A stretch of 64,000 bases of DNA, from NCBI GenBank assembly GCA_964035545.1, contig OZ037771.1, positions 5,179,190 to 5,243,189 on the forward strand, read 5' to 3'. The position numbers and the translations under genes are program-made. Below are positions 1-13,900 of this stretch, piece after piece. The notes under the pieces were generated by a model. The model was not told the origin of the DNA. It saw nothing but the letters and a program-made list of their open reading frames with translations, and searched no databases. Positions within the stretch are counted from its first letter, which is position 1. Each line of letters starts with the position of its first letter. This stretch comes from Bugula neritina. Its lineage: Eukaryota > Animalia > Bryozoa.

Positions 1-128
1 AAATACGGAGTAAATACAAAACAAATAACCTAAACGTTTTAAGTTGCTATATCTTCTACACTTTCTTCAATAGTAGAATTATTATGCACTGTATTTATGC
101 TAGTAGAATTATTGTTCACACAGGACTA

Positions 129-3100
129 ATGGCAGAGGCTAGACCTGTGTCTATATTCGACAGCCCCATGTCATCAAGGCACAGTAACGATGAGAGTGCG
201 GCAGCAGCAGTAGACTACTGTCAGCAGACTGCACCAGATATGTATTCTGTGTATAACACGACAACCCTGTTTAGCACTACACAAGTGAGTTTATACTGGC
301 TATAAGAATATAAGCATTTACCTATCTGCTGTATTATTCTGTGATATATGCATTATATTAATATTTAATATTAAAGTGATATATTCCCCTAAATATTACA
401 TTATTATTCTATGATATATACATTATATTAATATGTAATATTCAAGTGATACATTCCCCTAAATATTACATTATTATTCTATGATATATACATTATATTA
501 ATATGTAATATTAAAGTGATATATTCCCCTAAATATTACATTATTATTCTATGATATATACATTATATTAATATGTAATATTCAAGTGATACATTCCCCT
601 ATATGTTATATTATTATTCTATGATTTATACATTATATTAATATGTAATATTCAAGTGTTATTGGCTGTAATATCGTAAGTTTTAAAAAAGATAAAGAGG
701 GGACAGTTTGTAAACATAGCTCGGGAAATAGTCTGGGAAGTTTAAGACAAGAATGATTATAAGCAGTAAAGCTAGCAGTAGGCATGATCTGGCAAGTGAA
801 TCTTGATTATTCATTCAAAGGTAGTGTTCATTGACATGAAGTCGGTGAGTCCATAAGCACTGTTCTACATGACAGTGTGTGCATGTTTGACCAGCAAGTA
901 TTTAGTTATTTGGTAATTATTGAAAAGGAGCTTTTATTTAGTATCAAGAGACCGAATTCCTAGATAAAAGGGCAGGGTAATTGGGTTACATAAATTACAT
1001 GACATTAAGTAAATGTCATCATTACATGCTGATGGGATCTTGCTTAGCAAATGCAGCAAGTGTGGAAACAGCCAAGTTGTGGAGCAGGTGTGACAAGTAC
1101 AGCAAGTGTGACAAGTACAGCAAGTGTGACAAGTACAGCAAGTGTGACAAGTACAACAAGTGTGACAAGTACAGCAGGTGTGACAAGTACAGCAAGTGTG
1201 ACAGTACAGCAAGTGTGACAAGTGCATAAGTGTTGCAGTACAGTTGTACTACTAGTTGATAGGCTTGTCTAAGCAAACATTGTGACTTGATTCCTGCCCT
1301 ACAAACTGGTTGGCTCAACAATGCTAGTGCAGACCAATAAGAGACAGTGTATCATTGTTCAACCCTCCCATGCTTTAGTCAGAATTAGAATAAATGTTAT
1401 GCAATAAACTCCAAAGTTTGTTTGAATACTCAGCACTCTGGTACTACTCAACAATAAAAAACAGAGCGATGCCGTCTCCAGTATAATAAGATAAACAGGG
1501 TGTCATGGATTTTCAAGTTATTTGGACAAGGAGGGATAACTCCAACATTGGGTTTACAGATCATCCGAGTTATACTATCAGAAGTCCAGCCGATGTAAAT
1601 AGGGTGAAATAAACTAACTGTAGCTCAGCATGTAGTTGCCTCGTTATTTCTAAATGACTTAATGCAGTCTTAATCATAATATTGTCATATTTCAGCTGAA
1701 CAGATTTTGGCATGAGAAGGTGATTCCCAACAAACTGTCACTGCAACAATGTGCAGAAGAAGTGGCAGTAATAGTTCAAAATATTCTACGGCATGTGCAA
1801 ATAGAAGAGCCTAGATTTGCCTGCACACTAAACAAAACAGCAAGCGGCAAATATGATGGTAAGTAAAACTTTTGCATACATCTTTAGTGGTGAAGTTTAC
1901 CAAACAAAATGCAGGTGACCAATGTTATAAACTGAGAATTTGGTGCTTAAAATTTAGCAGCTAATAATGGCATTCTCAGAGGCTATATTACACACAGCAT
2001 CACTAACATAGTTTTTCCAACACAACAGTATATGTTCTATAGGCATGACGATAGAATCACCAACTATATTCAGCATTCTACTCTATCTCAATCACATGGC
2101 AGTGTTCAACTTCATAGATGAACGAAATTTACCAGGTTGTGCTGCGTTAAAACTTTGCGATGGGCGAAAAAGAAGCATGTCACTTTGGGTCGAATTCATT
2201 ACTGCTTCAGGTGATTATTGAAATGTGATAGTAATATAATAGTAAATTACCCGCAGGCCTTCAACAAGCTGCGATGGCCGAGTGGTTAAGGCGTTGGACT
2301 TGAAATCCAATGGGATCTTCCCGCGTAGGTTCGAACCCTACTCGCAGCGAATATTTTTTTAATTATTTACACATTTTTATGCATCAAAATTATGGACTTT
2401 TTTTATTGGCACTGTATATTACAGTTTAATTAAACGGTTTAATTTACATTATCAATATCAATATTTTAGGCTATCTATCAGCAAAGAAAATACGCTCTAA
2501 ATTTCATTCTTTGGTTGCCAATGTGATCGAGAAACACAAATACAGTGGAGTGAGATTGTCTGATAACCCAAATGAAGTCATAATAATAATCAAGGAAGCT
2601 TTCCAAGTCCATGTTTCTCCAGCATTTACATGGAAAGGTAAAAAATTCTCAACCCCCAACATGCCTATTTTTTAATTTTATTCAATTTCATTCTTTCTTG
2701 AAAACAGCATGTTATTGAAAATATGTGTCCTTTCTAAGGTGCGTGGCCAGCGAGTGTTGGAAATTGGGTGGCAGCACATCAACTTCCATGGCCCAGTGTG
2801 CAGGAAGCAAACGATGCTATGCAAGAGGGGATAACACTGGTGTCCAGAGAAAGCGCATATATAAAAAATAAACCGACATCCTCAGAAGGAGATGCTTGGG
2901 TAATAGATTTTCCAGGTAACGTAGCAATAATTGAAAATGTTCCGAAGTAATTTCATAAAAGAACATAGTAGTAGATGTAAATAGTTTTTATTTATTCATT
3001 CCATAATGACAAAACCTAATGCCATCGTTGGAGCAAAAACTTCTTTTATTATTATTACCAACCGCAATATTTGTGAAAGTTAGAGTTATTTTTCCAGTAG

Positions 3101-3774
3101 CAGTTGAAGAGTTGATTACAAAACTCACTGAGAAGGCTTCAGTCACTTGGAACAATGAGATGAGAAAATTTTTGTCATGTTATTTTCACAGATGCTGAGG
3201 AAAGATTGATATACGGCTATGGTAATGGCAAGAAGAGAATATTGAGTATATTGAAGTGTCTACGGGATAGGCAACTCCAACAAGAAGGTGGCGTAATGAT
3301 AACAAACTACCACCTGAAAACACTGGTTCTATTCGAAGGAGAAAAACATTATCATGAAAGGTTTGCGTTGAAGATAAATCCTCTAGAAAATTCCCTAATG
3401 CTCATGATTTCTCAAATGTTTATGGCATAGAATGTACAACATAATTGACCTGATATTGCTAATTTACTAAAATATCCATCACTTAAAGCACCAATCCCTC
3501 TATATGTGCGAGTTATCAACAGCTTATCCCAAATATCATATTTAATATTTACTTTTGCAGTGAATGGCAAGAGAATTGTTACGTGGACAGAATAAACAGT
3601 ATTTTAATGCAGCTCATAGCCTGTCTACAGTCCCATCAATGTGTCCACTACCTACAGTCAAGTGTAGACCTATTCAAAGACATAAATAAGAGAGCCATGG
3701 GCATAACTGCTAAGGCTGCATGGTCAGTGGTGAGAGCTATTGCAATGGACGAGTGTTGCTGGGAGGACTTTTAA
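129..3774 (+). CDS. mab-21: Mab-21-like protein (Mab21/cGAS-like fold), 7 exons: 129-284, 1696-1858, 2043-2210, 2470-2637, 2739-2915, 3192-3360, 3561-3774
   Basis: Spliced translation gives EEPRF, YLNHMAVFNFIDERNLPGCAALKLCDGRKRSMSLWVEFITASGYLSAKKIRSKF, EGDAWVIDF, LSILKCLRDR, NYHLKTL and DRINSILMQLIACLQ, all Mab-21 hallmarks. All junctions are GT-AG with consistent phases. Exon 1 and the start codon are the least certain. Confidence 0.92.
332..660. repeat. AT-rich minisatellite, 70-bp unit, ~4.7 copies
   Basis: ttattattctatgat recurs at 401, 471, 541 and 611. Confidence 0.9.
1087..1225. repeat. 18-bp tandem repeat (gtgtgacaagtacagcaa)n
   Basis: Direct repeats visible; they explain the periodic ORFs on both strands. 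Confidence 0.9.
2268..2349 (+). tRNA. tRNA-Ser(TGA)
   Basis: GCTGCGA...TCGCAGC acceptor stem, A-box TGGCCGAGTGG, anticodon arm TTGGA-CTTGAAA-TCCAA, long variable arm, GGTTCGAACC T-loop, and a T-run Pol III terminator just downstream. Confidence 0.96.
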
Positions 3775-4956
3775 ATATAGTTTATTTACTCATAGATGTT
3801 TATTTTATTTTTCTGATTCAGCATATTGGAAATTTATATTATGCAGTAATTATTGTCCACTGGTCATAATTTGTATACATTATGAGGTATGTGATGTGAT
3901 ATGTACTGAAAGGAAATGCAATTAATTCATATTTACGTGTTAAGTGAAATATTATCAGAAGATAAGGACACATTTTAGCCAAGATTCTTTATATTTTTAA
4001 ATTTAGAGTTTCATCCTCAGATAAAATGTCTACTAATTCAACAGCGAAGGTTTCGAAAAATAATGAATCCCACTCAAAAGGTGTCTTAGTTTTCATTTTT
4101 CTTATACTTCCAGCAATGGAAATGTAACCATAGCATTGCATATAACATTTCGAGTTTGCACCTACCATTATATATTTTTTGAGTCTAGTCAAGTGCAGAA
4201 ACCAGCTAGTATACACTACACAATATTTGAAGCTGTTCAACTTCAGTTTGTAAAATGGTAAAAGTACTACTATACATAAATAAAATATAACATACATACA
4301 TGATATATACAATACATAGATACTATATACAATACATACGTAATATATACAATACATACATAGTATATACAATACAATGCAATATTTTAAAAAGCTATTG
4401 AAATATCCTACTGAACATAGTAATAATAATGTACGTAGTACAACGATATACGGGAGAGAAAGTTTATAAGTTGGAGGTGTTTGTTCAACACAGTCACAGT
4501 AATTAAGTGAACAACTCTAGCAACCTCTAGAAGTTGCCTGTTATTAGTTCTAATTATTTTCAGATGATACAACACAAAGACGGTAAACAAAGTGTACCAG
4601 ACCAGTGACAGCTTATGTTTTCATTTTATCAAATTTGAAAAAAAAGGTTTTCCTGGTTTCAGTTAAAGACATTAAGAGCTTTACCATGTATATGTATATA
4701 TTCATATACATATATGCGTAGGAGCATATATATATGCTCCTATTTATATAAAACTACATGGTAAAGTTTGCAAACAGAAGCTATAAAAAGATATCCTCTA
4801 AGAACACAACAGTGAAAAAAAGTCAACCAGGTCTGCTAAAAAGATATATACTGCTCTTTTATTTTTTTCTGGAATTTTTGGTGCTGCTTTTACCTAACAA
4901 TTGACAAATAAAGGATAGAACTGGTCACAGATCTGCTACTTGTTTTAAAATCATAC

Positions 4957-7900
4957 CTTTGGGTCTAACTTCTTGTTATCGGAGTTTTCCTCGTCCCATT
5001 CAAAGAACACTTCATATTTTGTGATAGAGAGAGTTCCTGCTACAGCGAGACCATACACTATGAGACTACACTGAGTGCTCAGTGACACAGGGCCTACAAA
5101 ATATAGTTTAGTATAGTTAGTAATGGAGAGTGAGCACCTGCTATAGCCAGTCCAATGTCCATACACTAGGAGATGACACAGGGCCTGCAAGACATAGTAT
5201 AGTACAATTATTAATGGAGAGAGCACCTGCTATAGCTAGTCATACATTATGAGATGACACTGAGTGCTCAGTGACACAGGGCCTGCAAGGCATAGTATAG
5301 TTTAGTTAGTGATGGAGAGAAAGCACCTGCCACAGCTAGTCATACACTATGAAATGACACTTAGTGCTCAGTGACACAGGGCCTACAACACATAGTATAG
5401 TTAAGTTAGTGATAGAGAGAGAGCACCTGCCACAGCTAGTCATACATTATGAGATGACACATGCAGTAAATACCAACCAGTCATCTCCAGCTCAGAATCC
5501 ATACCCTCCATTTCATCATCAATGAGAACATCAGACTCTGATTTCTGTCTCCTTAGTTTGAGCATTTCATGGAACTCTTCTCTTGCCTGTATTGTAAGAG
5601 TATGTCAGATATGTATGGTATAGTGCACACTATTACTATCAGTACCACTCCTTACTACTGCTACTGCTACTACTACTACCACCACCACAACAGCTACCAT
5701 ATCCACTACCACTACTATTACCACTCCCACTATCACAACTACTATCATTACCACTAATACGGTTACTACAACTAGTACCACTACCACTACAAGTTACTAG
5801 TTACTACTACTACCATCACTTCCTGATGCCACCAGTAACTATTAGCAGTGTTTATAAGCAGTATTAATACCTGACTAATGGCATCTTCATTATCTCCATG
5901 TTCAATTGCTGCCCTCAGAGCGGCTTCAGGATGAGTGCTGCCAATAGGATTTGGAACCATCCGCCTTCTTCGTCTGGCATCATCTTCCCATGTATCCAGC
6001 TTCCAGAACTTACTGGCATTGAATAGATCATACGATATGTTATAATAATATAGAACAAGAGATTATAAATGCAGCAAATGGAAAATGCAAAAAACATGAT
6101 GAAAGAACACATAGCTGGCTGAAGAGAATGCACACAAACACAGCCTGAGGCTAACTAATCATCACCGTGTTTAATACTGCAAATGTCGACTACTTGATGT
6201 GTGGAACTGACCTAGATGGAGCTGAATCGCTAGCCCAAGGCCCTTGCTCACTCTTCACAATGTTCAACACTTTGTCCACCAGTTTACTGGCTACGGAGAG
6301 TTCTCGCCTGCGGGCAGATGTTATCAGTCTGTCACATGTCAACTCTTCCTCCCTCGTGTTCAAATCTGCTTCAGCGCAGATAATCTACAAGAAACCATCA
6401 GACATGAGATCCATTTTACTTCAACACCGCAGGGTTTTAAACCGTAAAGAGTTTCTATAACCAACTATGAGTAAAAGTGCATTGATATTTTCACGATTTC
6501 AATTTGGCCAAGTTGAAAATTTCAACCAGTTGCATTGCATTGCAAAACCCACTCGTCAAATTTTTTTTTCGTGTGACACTCAATCGGTCGAATTTAGAAT
6601 AATAATCACAGCGGGTGATAATTCCTGGTAGATACCAATATTTAATTATCACTTTGGCGACTAGATGACTTATTTAAAAGGTGTTAAGTAAAGCTTCAGT
6701 GATTCAAGTAAAAGTTTCATTTTTATAATTCTATTAGTTATCCTTTTCAATTATCACCTTCATGCTGTCGACTTAACTGATTCACTACGTTTTCAAAGGA
6801 GATCGAATAGCGATTAAGCAAATCATATTTTACAACCATTTTCAGTATAACTATAAAAGAGTACTCAGATGAGTGATATTAACTGAAACTCAGTAATTTT
6901 TTGGAAAAATATGAACAAACATTAAATCAACAAAAGATAACAGCAGGAACAAAAGAACAGCAAACAAATAAACGGCATGTACATACTGTTCTAAGTTCTA
7001 GTGATACGTACATGGAATGCTTCATGTCTCTGTGCGTCTTCAGCTCTGAGTTTATTGAGGATATGTTCAGCCTCATTGGCCACTTTCACCATGTGATCCC
7101 GAGTGGAATGAGAAAGCAGACGCCCCTCATTAACCAACTCTATGAAAGCTAAACCTGCATGTTTCTGCAGAGAGATCTGCCACTCCTGACTACAGAGCAA
7201 CATGACGAGCGAGATGGCGGAGGTACCCATCTTGATGGCAGTCAACCCTGAAACCGGGAATAACAACTAGCCCATCAGGATGCAAGTATTCAATCTAATT
7301 TACACCCTACTTACTACTTCACTGTACACTCTACTTTTTAGCACTACACACCCTAGTTACTCCAGCACAGTACATTTCACTTACTCCATCACTATACACA
7401 CTCTCTGCTTTACTTACCAAAGCACTGTATACACTCTACTCACCACAGCACTATATACACTCTACTCACCACAGCACTGTATACACTCTACTCACCACAG
7501 CACTGCATACACTCTACTCACCACAGCACTGTATACACTCTACTTACCACAGCACTATATACACTCTACTTACCACAGCACTGTATACACTCTACTTACC
7601 ACAGCACTATTTACACTCCACTTACCACAGCACTGTATACACTCTACTCACCACAGCACTGCATACACTCTACTTACCACAGCACTGTATACACTCTACT
7701 TACCACAGCACTGTATACACTCTACTCACCACAGCACTGTATACACTCTACTCACCACAGCACTGCATACACTCTACTTACCACAGCACTATTTACACTC
7801 TACTTACCACAGCACTGCATACACTCTACTTACCACAGCACTATTTACACTCTACTCACCACAGCACTGTGTACACTCTAATTACTCTAGTATTACACAC

Positions 7901-10900
7901 TCAAGAAGCTACCCACCACTGCTGAGAAGCTCCTGCCCTTTGGTTCCCAGGAGAGTCTTGGTGAGATATGGAGAGAAGTCTATGAATATTTCACGAAGGA
8001 GAGGTGCACTTGTGCCCAGGGCCCGCTCCAGTCTCTCACTCAGGTTTGCCTGCAGTTCCTGGTAGTCTAAACAACACAGGCCAGTAAACTCCATAACTAG
8101 TAGTATACACTAATAGCTTGCTTTATAAGTCAAATGATCACAAAGAATAAACACAATACATACTTTTTCGAGTCATAGAAAAATACCAATGTAGAGCTGT
8201 TTGAATTAACAAGTTTGGGGGCTCATACTCAGCTAAAAGCTCACAGTTGAGCTAGTATAAGCTGCAAAAATTTGGCAAGTTTTACTTTGAAAATTACAGA
8301 TTAGAGAATATTTTAATTTATTTGGCCCACAAACACTGAATGATTGAACATAGAACCGCAGCATTTTAGAATTTAATAATCGTCAGTTGACTATTCCTCG
8401 ACATGTACATGCCCACATTTATAACGAAGTTGTCTTACCAGTATTAATTTTGAGAGTACGGGGCATAGACTGAGGTGTAGTCTGTAAGGTAGAGCTATGT
8501 GAGAGAGAGGATACACCTGATTCTTCCACAGATATGGCTGAGACCTGCTTGTTTGCAGCCTCATTTTCATCAGCCTCGTTGTCATCGCCGGACTACAAAA
8601 CAGAACTCACTCTCTTTCCTATCCATAGTCAGCTTTCTACATTTCTGAGACTTCAATATGTATATTTTAAAACTTGCAATACACTCTTTTTTAAATATAG
8701 CATAGCATAGTTTTAATCATTTAAAACTAAATATTAAATTCAAAAATACCCTTGAAGTTAAATCAGTCTTAGGGTAAAACTAGTTGATGGGTGTTACAAA
8801 CCGGTTCTGCGTGTTGATGGGGCTCAGACTGACTGGGTGAATCAGCTTCCTTCAGGTTAGTCGCACCGTCTTGCTCATCTCCGGTTTCGCCTGCTACTTC
8901 TTCCTGTGTTCTGGAACTTTCAACTGACTGCTCAACATTTTCCCCACTTTGACTGGATGCTTCTTCCAGAGGGGCTTCTGTCATTGAAACATCAGCTGCT
9001 GGCAGTTCAACTGCATTGCCTTCTGGAGAGGTTGCATCAGCTTTTTCAACAATGGCGCTTGACCCTGCTGAATCACTCAAGTTTCTAGAAGGGCTTTCTT
9101 CATCTGTCTGATTTGTGTCTTCTGTTAGACTTGAGTCGTCTGCTTTACTAGAATCTTCTGTTAGACTTGAGTCGTCTACTTTACTAGTGTCTTCTGTTAG
9201 ACTTGTATCTTCTGCTTTACTAGAATCTTCTGCTTTACTAGAATCTTCTGCTTGACTCGTGTCTTCTGCTGCACTCGTGTCTTCTGCTGCACTCGTGTCT
9301 TCTGCTTTACTGGTATCTTCTGCTTGACTTGTATCTTCTGCTGTGCTCGTATCTTCTGTTTGAGAATTCTCTGTTAGCTCTTCATCTGGAACTGTTTCTA
9401 GTTGGTCAACACTTACCTGTATTAAAGATTATATATACGAGTTAATAACTCTTATTATTCATGAAGAGACAACCACAATTTCAAAAATCGTAAGGTTAAA
9501 AATTCAATAAAAACAAAACCTTCAAATAGCCTCATATACAATATGCATATCACTCGGTGTTTTATTGAAATCATGCTTAGACCAGATTCTAAAACATTAC
9601 CTGAGAAGTTTGGGCATCAGAAGACAAGGTTTTTTCTAAAACAGAGAACCAAAATGTTTAAAATAGCCACCATCAAATAGCTTTTACTGTAGTTGAATAT
9701 TTACACAGTGCTTTGAAAATTCAAGAGTATGAACTATGGAATGGTATTACTCCTCACCATCAGAGACAGTTTTAGGAGCACTGGTATGAACCGCAGGTAT
9801 ATGCACGTCTGCAACAACGCTTTGTGTGGTAGCAGCAGGCTCGTCGTCTTCACTCTCCGATCCTTTATACGGACTAACACTTCTGTTAGATCTTTTGCTA
9901 GGCGATGGTGAAGTTGAGCCTGCAACATGCACGGTTGAGCCTAAATCATAGGTAGCTTATTGGCAAACTTCACTATAGGATAATTCAATTGGTAGAGGGG
10001 CTAGTTGAAAGTTAAACTGCTCACAAATCATGTGGCACATTCTAACATAGCCTGTATTCACAATGTTGCACAACTAGTCACGTCTACTTTATATAACAAT
10101 ATTTAGAAACATTTAAACTTTTTTGGCAGAATAAAGATATATGATTATAAAACCCTGACAGTCTGGGAATAAGCAGTAAAAGTCTTCATTTCAGAAGTAA
10201 ACTTATAGCTGTTACCATCTCGCTGCAGGGGACTACAGCTACATTATCCTTACACACGCGCGTACACACGTATGCACATGCATGCGCGATTTGAGGAAAA
10301 CCTTATTTGTTAGCTGGCAACTCGTTAATTTAAACTCATCCATGTGTTGAAACTAATTATTATAAGCATTGAATAAGCAGCTGCCTTTCCTATGCTACAT
10401 ACTTTTAGTTTCATGAGGTTCTTTTAGTTGACCAGCAGCAGCTTCTTGAGGCTGACTTTCCTCTGCTAGGTCAGCTGAGACATCTTGTGATTGGTCAGCT
10501 GAGACATCCTGTGATTGGCCAGCTGAGACGGCCTGTGATTGGTCAGCTGAGATGGCCTGTGATTGGTCTTCTTCTGACGCAGGTGGGAATATTGGTGTGT
10601 TGGCAGAGCTATCTGGTGTAGTCACCGGCTCTAGTATATCTCTAGAAATTATTATCAAGTGTTCACGTTAACTAAAGCACGTTTAGGTAGATTTATTATC
10701 AATAAGAATATATAAACCTAATAATTTGAGTCTAATGTTCTCTGTTAGAGGCGGAATATGCAAGCACCAGTTCACAGCATGTTAAATGACAGATTAATAA
10801 AGTAGATACATTCTGCTATAATAACAGTACCTCTACTAGTAAAAGTGTACCAATGAGAGTGTAAGCAACATTACTAGTGAAAGTGTAACTACTATGTACT

Positions 10901-13900
10901 ACTAAAAATGTAAGTAACATGTACTAGAGAGAGAGTGTAAGTAGCATGTACTAGAGAGGGTGTAAGTAAACTATACTAGTGAAAGTGTAAGTAACATGTA
11001 ATAGAGAGGGTGTAAGTAGCATGTACTAGAGAGAGAGTGTAAGTAGCATGTACTAGAGAGAGAGTGTAAGTAACCTATACTAGTGAAAGTGTAAGTAGCA
11101 TGTATTAGAGAGGGTGTAAGTAGCATGTATTAGAAAGAGGGTAAGTAGCATGTAATAGAGAGGGTGTAAGTAACATATACTAGTGAAAGTGTAAGTAGCA
11201 TGTAATAGAGAGGGTGTAAGTAGCATGTATTAGAGAGAGAGTGTAAGTAGCATGTACTAGAGAGAGGGTAAGTAACATATACTAGTGAAAGTGTAAGTAG
11301 CATGTAATAGAGAGGGTGTAAGTAGCATGTATTAGAGAGAGAGTGTAAGTAGCATGTACTAGAGAGGGTGTAAGTAACCTATACTAGTGAAAGTGTAAGT
11401 AACATGTACTAGAGAGAGAGTGTAAGTAGCATGTACTAGAGAGAGAGTGTAAGTAACCTATACTAGTGAAAGTGTAAGTAGCATGTATTAGAGAGGGTGT
11501 AAGTAGCATGTATTAGAGAGAGAGGGTAAGTAGCATGTAATAGAGAGAGTGTAAGTAACATGTATTAGAGAGAGGGTAAGTAATATGTACTAGTGAAAGT
11601 GTAAGTAGCAAGTATTAGAGAGGGTGTAAGTAACATGTATTAGAGAGGGTAAGTAGCATGTAATAGAGAGGGTGTAAGTAGCATGTACTAGAGAGAGAGG
11701 GTAAGTAGCATGTAATAGAGATGGTGTAAGTAGCATGTAATAGAGAGGGTGTAATTTACCTGTATTTAGACACCATGAGCACAGAGACAAAGTAAATGAT
11801 GGACATGGCGATCCACTCAGCCTGTTTTATGTCATCAGCCTCTCTGTACAATACAGCCCTTAGTCTGGCCACATCTGACTCTTGCAGCAGGTGCTCTTTG
11901 TTGGCTATGGGATCTGTGAGACCGATACGCGCAGACTCCGCCTCCTAAAGCGAACAGTCTCTTTATACTAACACCACAATGCAGTCCCTGCATTCAATGC
12001 AGATACAGCCCATTACTTTTATTGAGTGCAACTTTGTTTTTGAAAAAGAGTGATTTGTGTTTAACTCTATTGTTAAATGAAAAAAATATATATTCATTTG
12101 GGAGAAATCAAATATTTTAAATCTTAGGTAGGCATGATAATATAAAGAGTTCACTGATGTCTAGTATTTCTTAATATAATTATTTCCAATGTATTCCTTC
12201 CTCTATCAAACAACTTGAGGCAGTTATGAGGCATTAAACAGACCACCACTGTTGTTTGCTATTGTTGATAGTAAAGTACCTCGAGATTAGATCGCGTGCC
12301 TTCCACTAGGGCCTTCAATGGATTTCCGCTTCTGTCACCACCATTTCTTGCAGAAAGATGTTGCCTTGTGGGAGAGAGAGTGCCTGCTTGATACCGGCAG
12401 TCTAGAGTGTTCCTGACAGACATGGTGAGAACTACAACAGAGAACTGGTGTATAGAGTATAACACTTATAAGAGGCAGTATCTTATTTATACTGTAGTTA
12501 TACATAAAGCGAGTAGTTTAATTATACTGTAGTGCTATATACCGAGTTAGTAGTTTATTTATACTGTATTTATATATAGAGTAAGTAGCACACCAATACT
12601 ATTGCTGTGTATATAGTAAGCATAGCGCAGGTAACTCACCTATACGAAGACATTGTCTAACCATTGTGCCAGGAGTCATGTTCTTCTCAGTTTCAAGTTC
12701 AGAAACAGAAAAGCCGCTAGTAATAACCATCATGTCCGCCAAGTTTAGAACTCTTTGCAGTAGAGACACTGACTTTTCTATGGACAGGCCATACCCTGGC
12801 TCCAGGACATCAACTTCTCCCTAAACACCAGGTGCAGTAGAGAGAAACTGTGAACAGTCTATGTTAGCTGACAGACTAGTATGCAATAGAGAGAAACTGT
12901 GAACAGTGTGTGTCAGCTGACACAACAGCACCACCTCTTAGAATGGAAGTCTGACTGAGTATTTGTAAATTTTAAATCGGTAAAACTTACGGAAGAAGTG
13001 GTAGCAGCAGAGAGAAGCGGCAGAAGCCCCCCAACTGCAGTTATCAGCACATCGGAAAGATTTGAGACTAGATTCACAGTGTTCATTACAAAAGTGGCAT
13101 TCTCAGAGGAATTGACTGCGTCCATCAGTTTCTGCTCATCTCCACTATAACACAAACTCCATTTACAACACTTGTCCACATGCATCTATATGCTACCACT
13201 AGTACGAGACAACTACGGTATGCCTACCTCCTCCACTCTGCCAGCTCTTCCTCTATACTGAAGAGAACGTCAGCCACCAGTCTCTGGTGAAGGTGCGACC
13301 ATCTGAACTCTGGGATACGGAATGCTGGGAACTTGGGCATTGCTCCAGCTGGTTTCTGGGATCCTGGCGAAGAGATAGATAAGTATATATAAAACAGACT
13401 GGCCTGGCGCCTGCTAAGTTGGTAATTACAATTTTTCTTTGTTTACAAGTAGTGCAAAATTCGGGCTGACAAATATGAGCCGAGTTTCCTTTGTAGCCGG
13501 TATTTGGACGTAAACTTGTTCCACAAACTTTCAAGATTTCATAAAATTATAGAAAAAGTCACCAAATCGCTCGCATATGAGCTGTAGAGTTAAAGCAGCA
13601 CAGGAAAGCATGTGCAGACACAGATACTCTATGTATGTAAGGACTACACATTGTAGATTACCATGTTGAGTGAGTTGAGACCCTGAAGCGGCTGTAACCT
13701 GAGTACTTTCAGTGTACTCTCGGTAAGCTTTCCTCATCTGAATGTTGAAGTCTTCATAAGTTACCTGCAAGAATAATGGTAACATTCACCTGCAACAGTT
13801 GCAGAGAGATTCACTTTCATTAGCATGACTACCACGCCATGATCATGTCTAATACCAGAGCAGATGTTTATCCGTTATATAGTGTGCCAAACTATAGACA

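Noticed and set aside
934-1321. Cys/His-periodic ORFs (CHTCCT.., KCDKYS..) resembling metallothionein
   Set aside because: All frames arise from an 18-bp intronic minisatellite inside mab-21 intron 1.
4798-4893. Possible alternative terminal NBEA exon (ttgttag|VKAAPKIPEK...) giving a BEACH-less isoform
   Set aside because: Only a plausible acceptor and a short frame; no homology or transcript evidence.
7280-8065. 261-aa repetitive ORF on the + strand
   Set aside because: Translation of a 26-bp minisatellite, antisense to NBEA exons.
10830-11755. CRISPR-like regular array
   Set aside because: Head-to-tail units with no unique spacers, in a eukaryotic intron; no cas genes.
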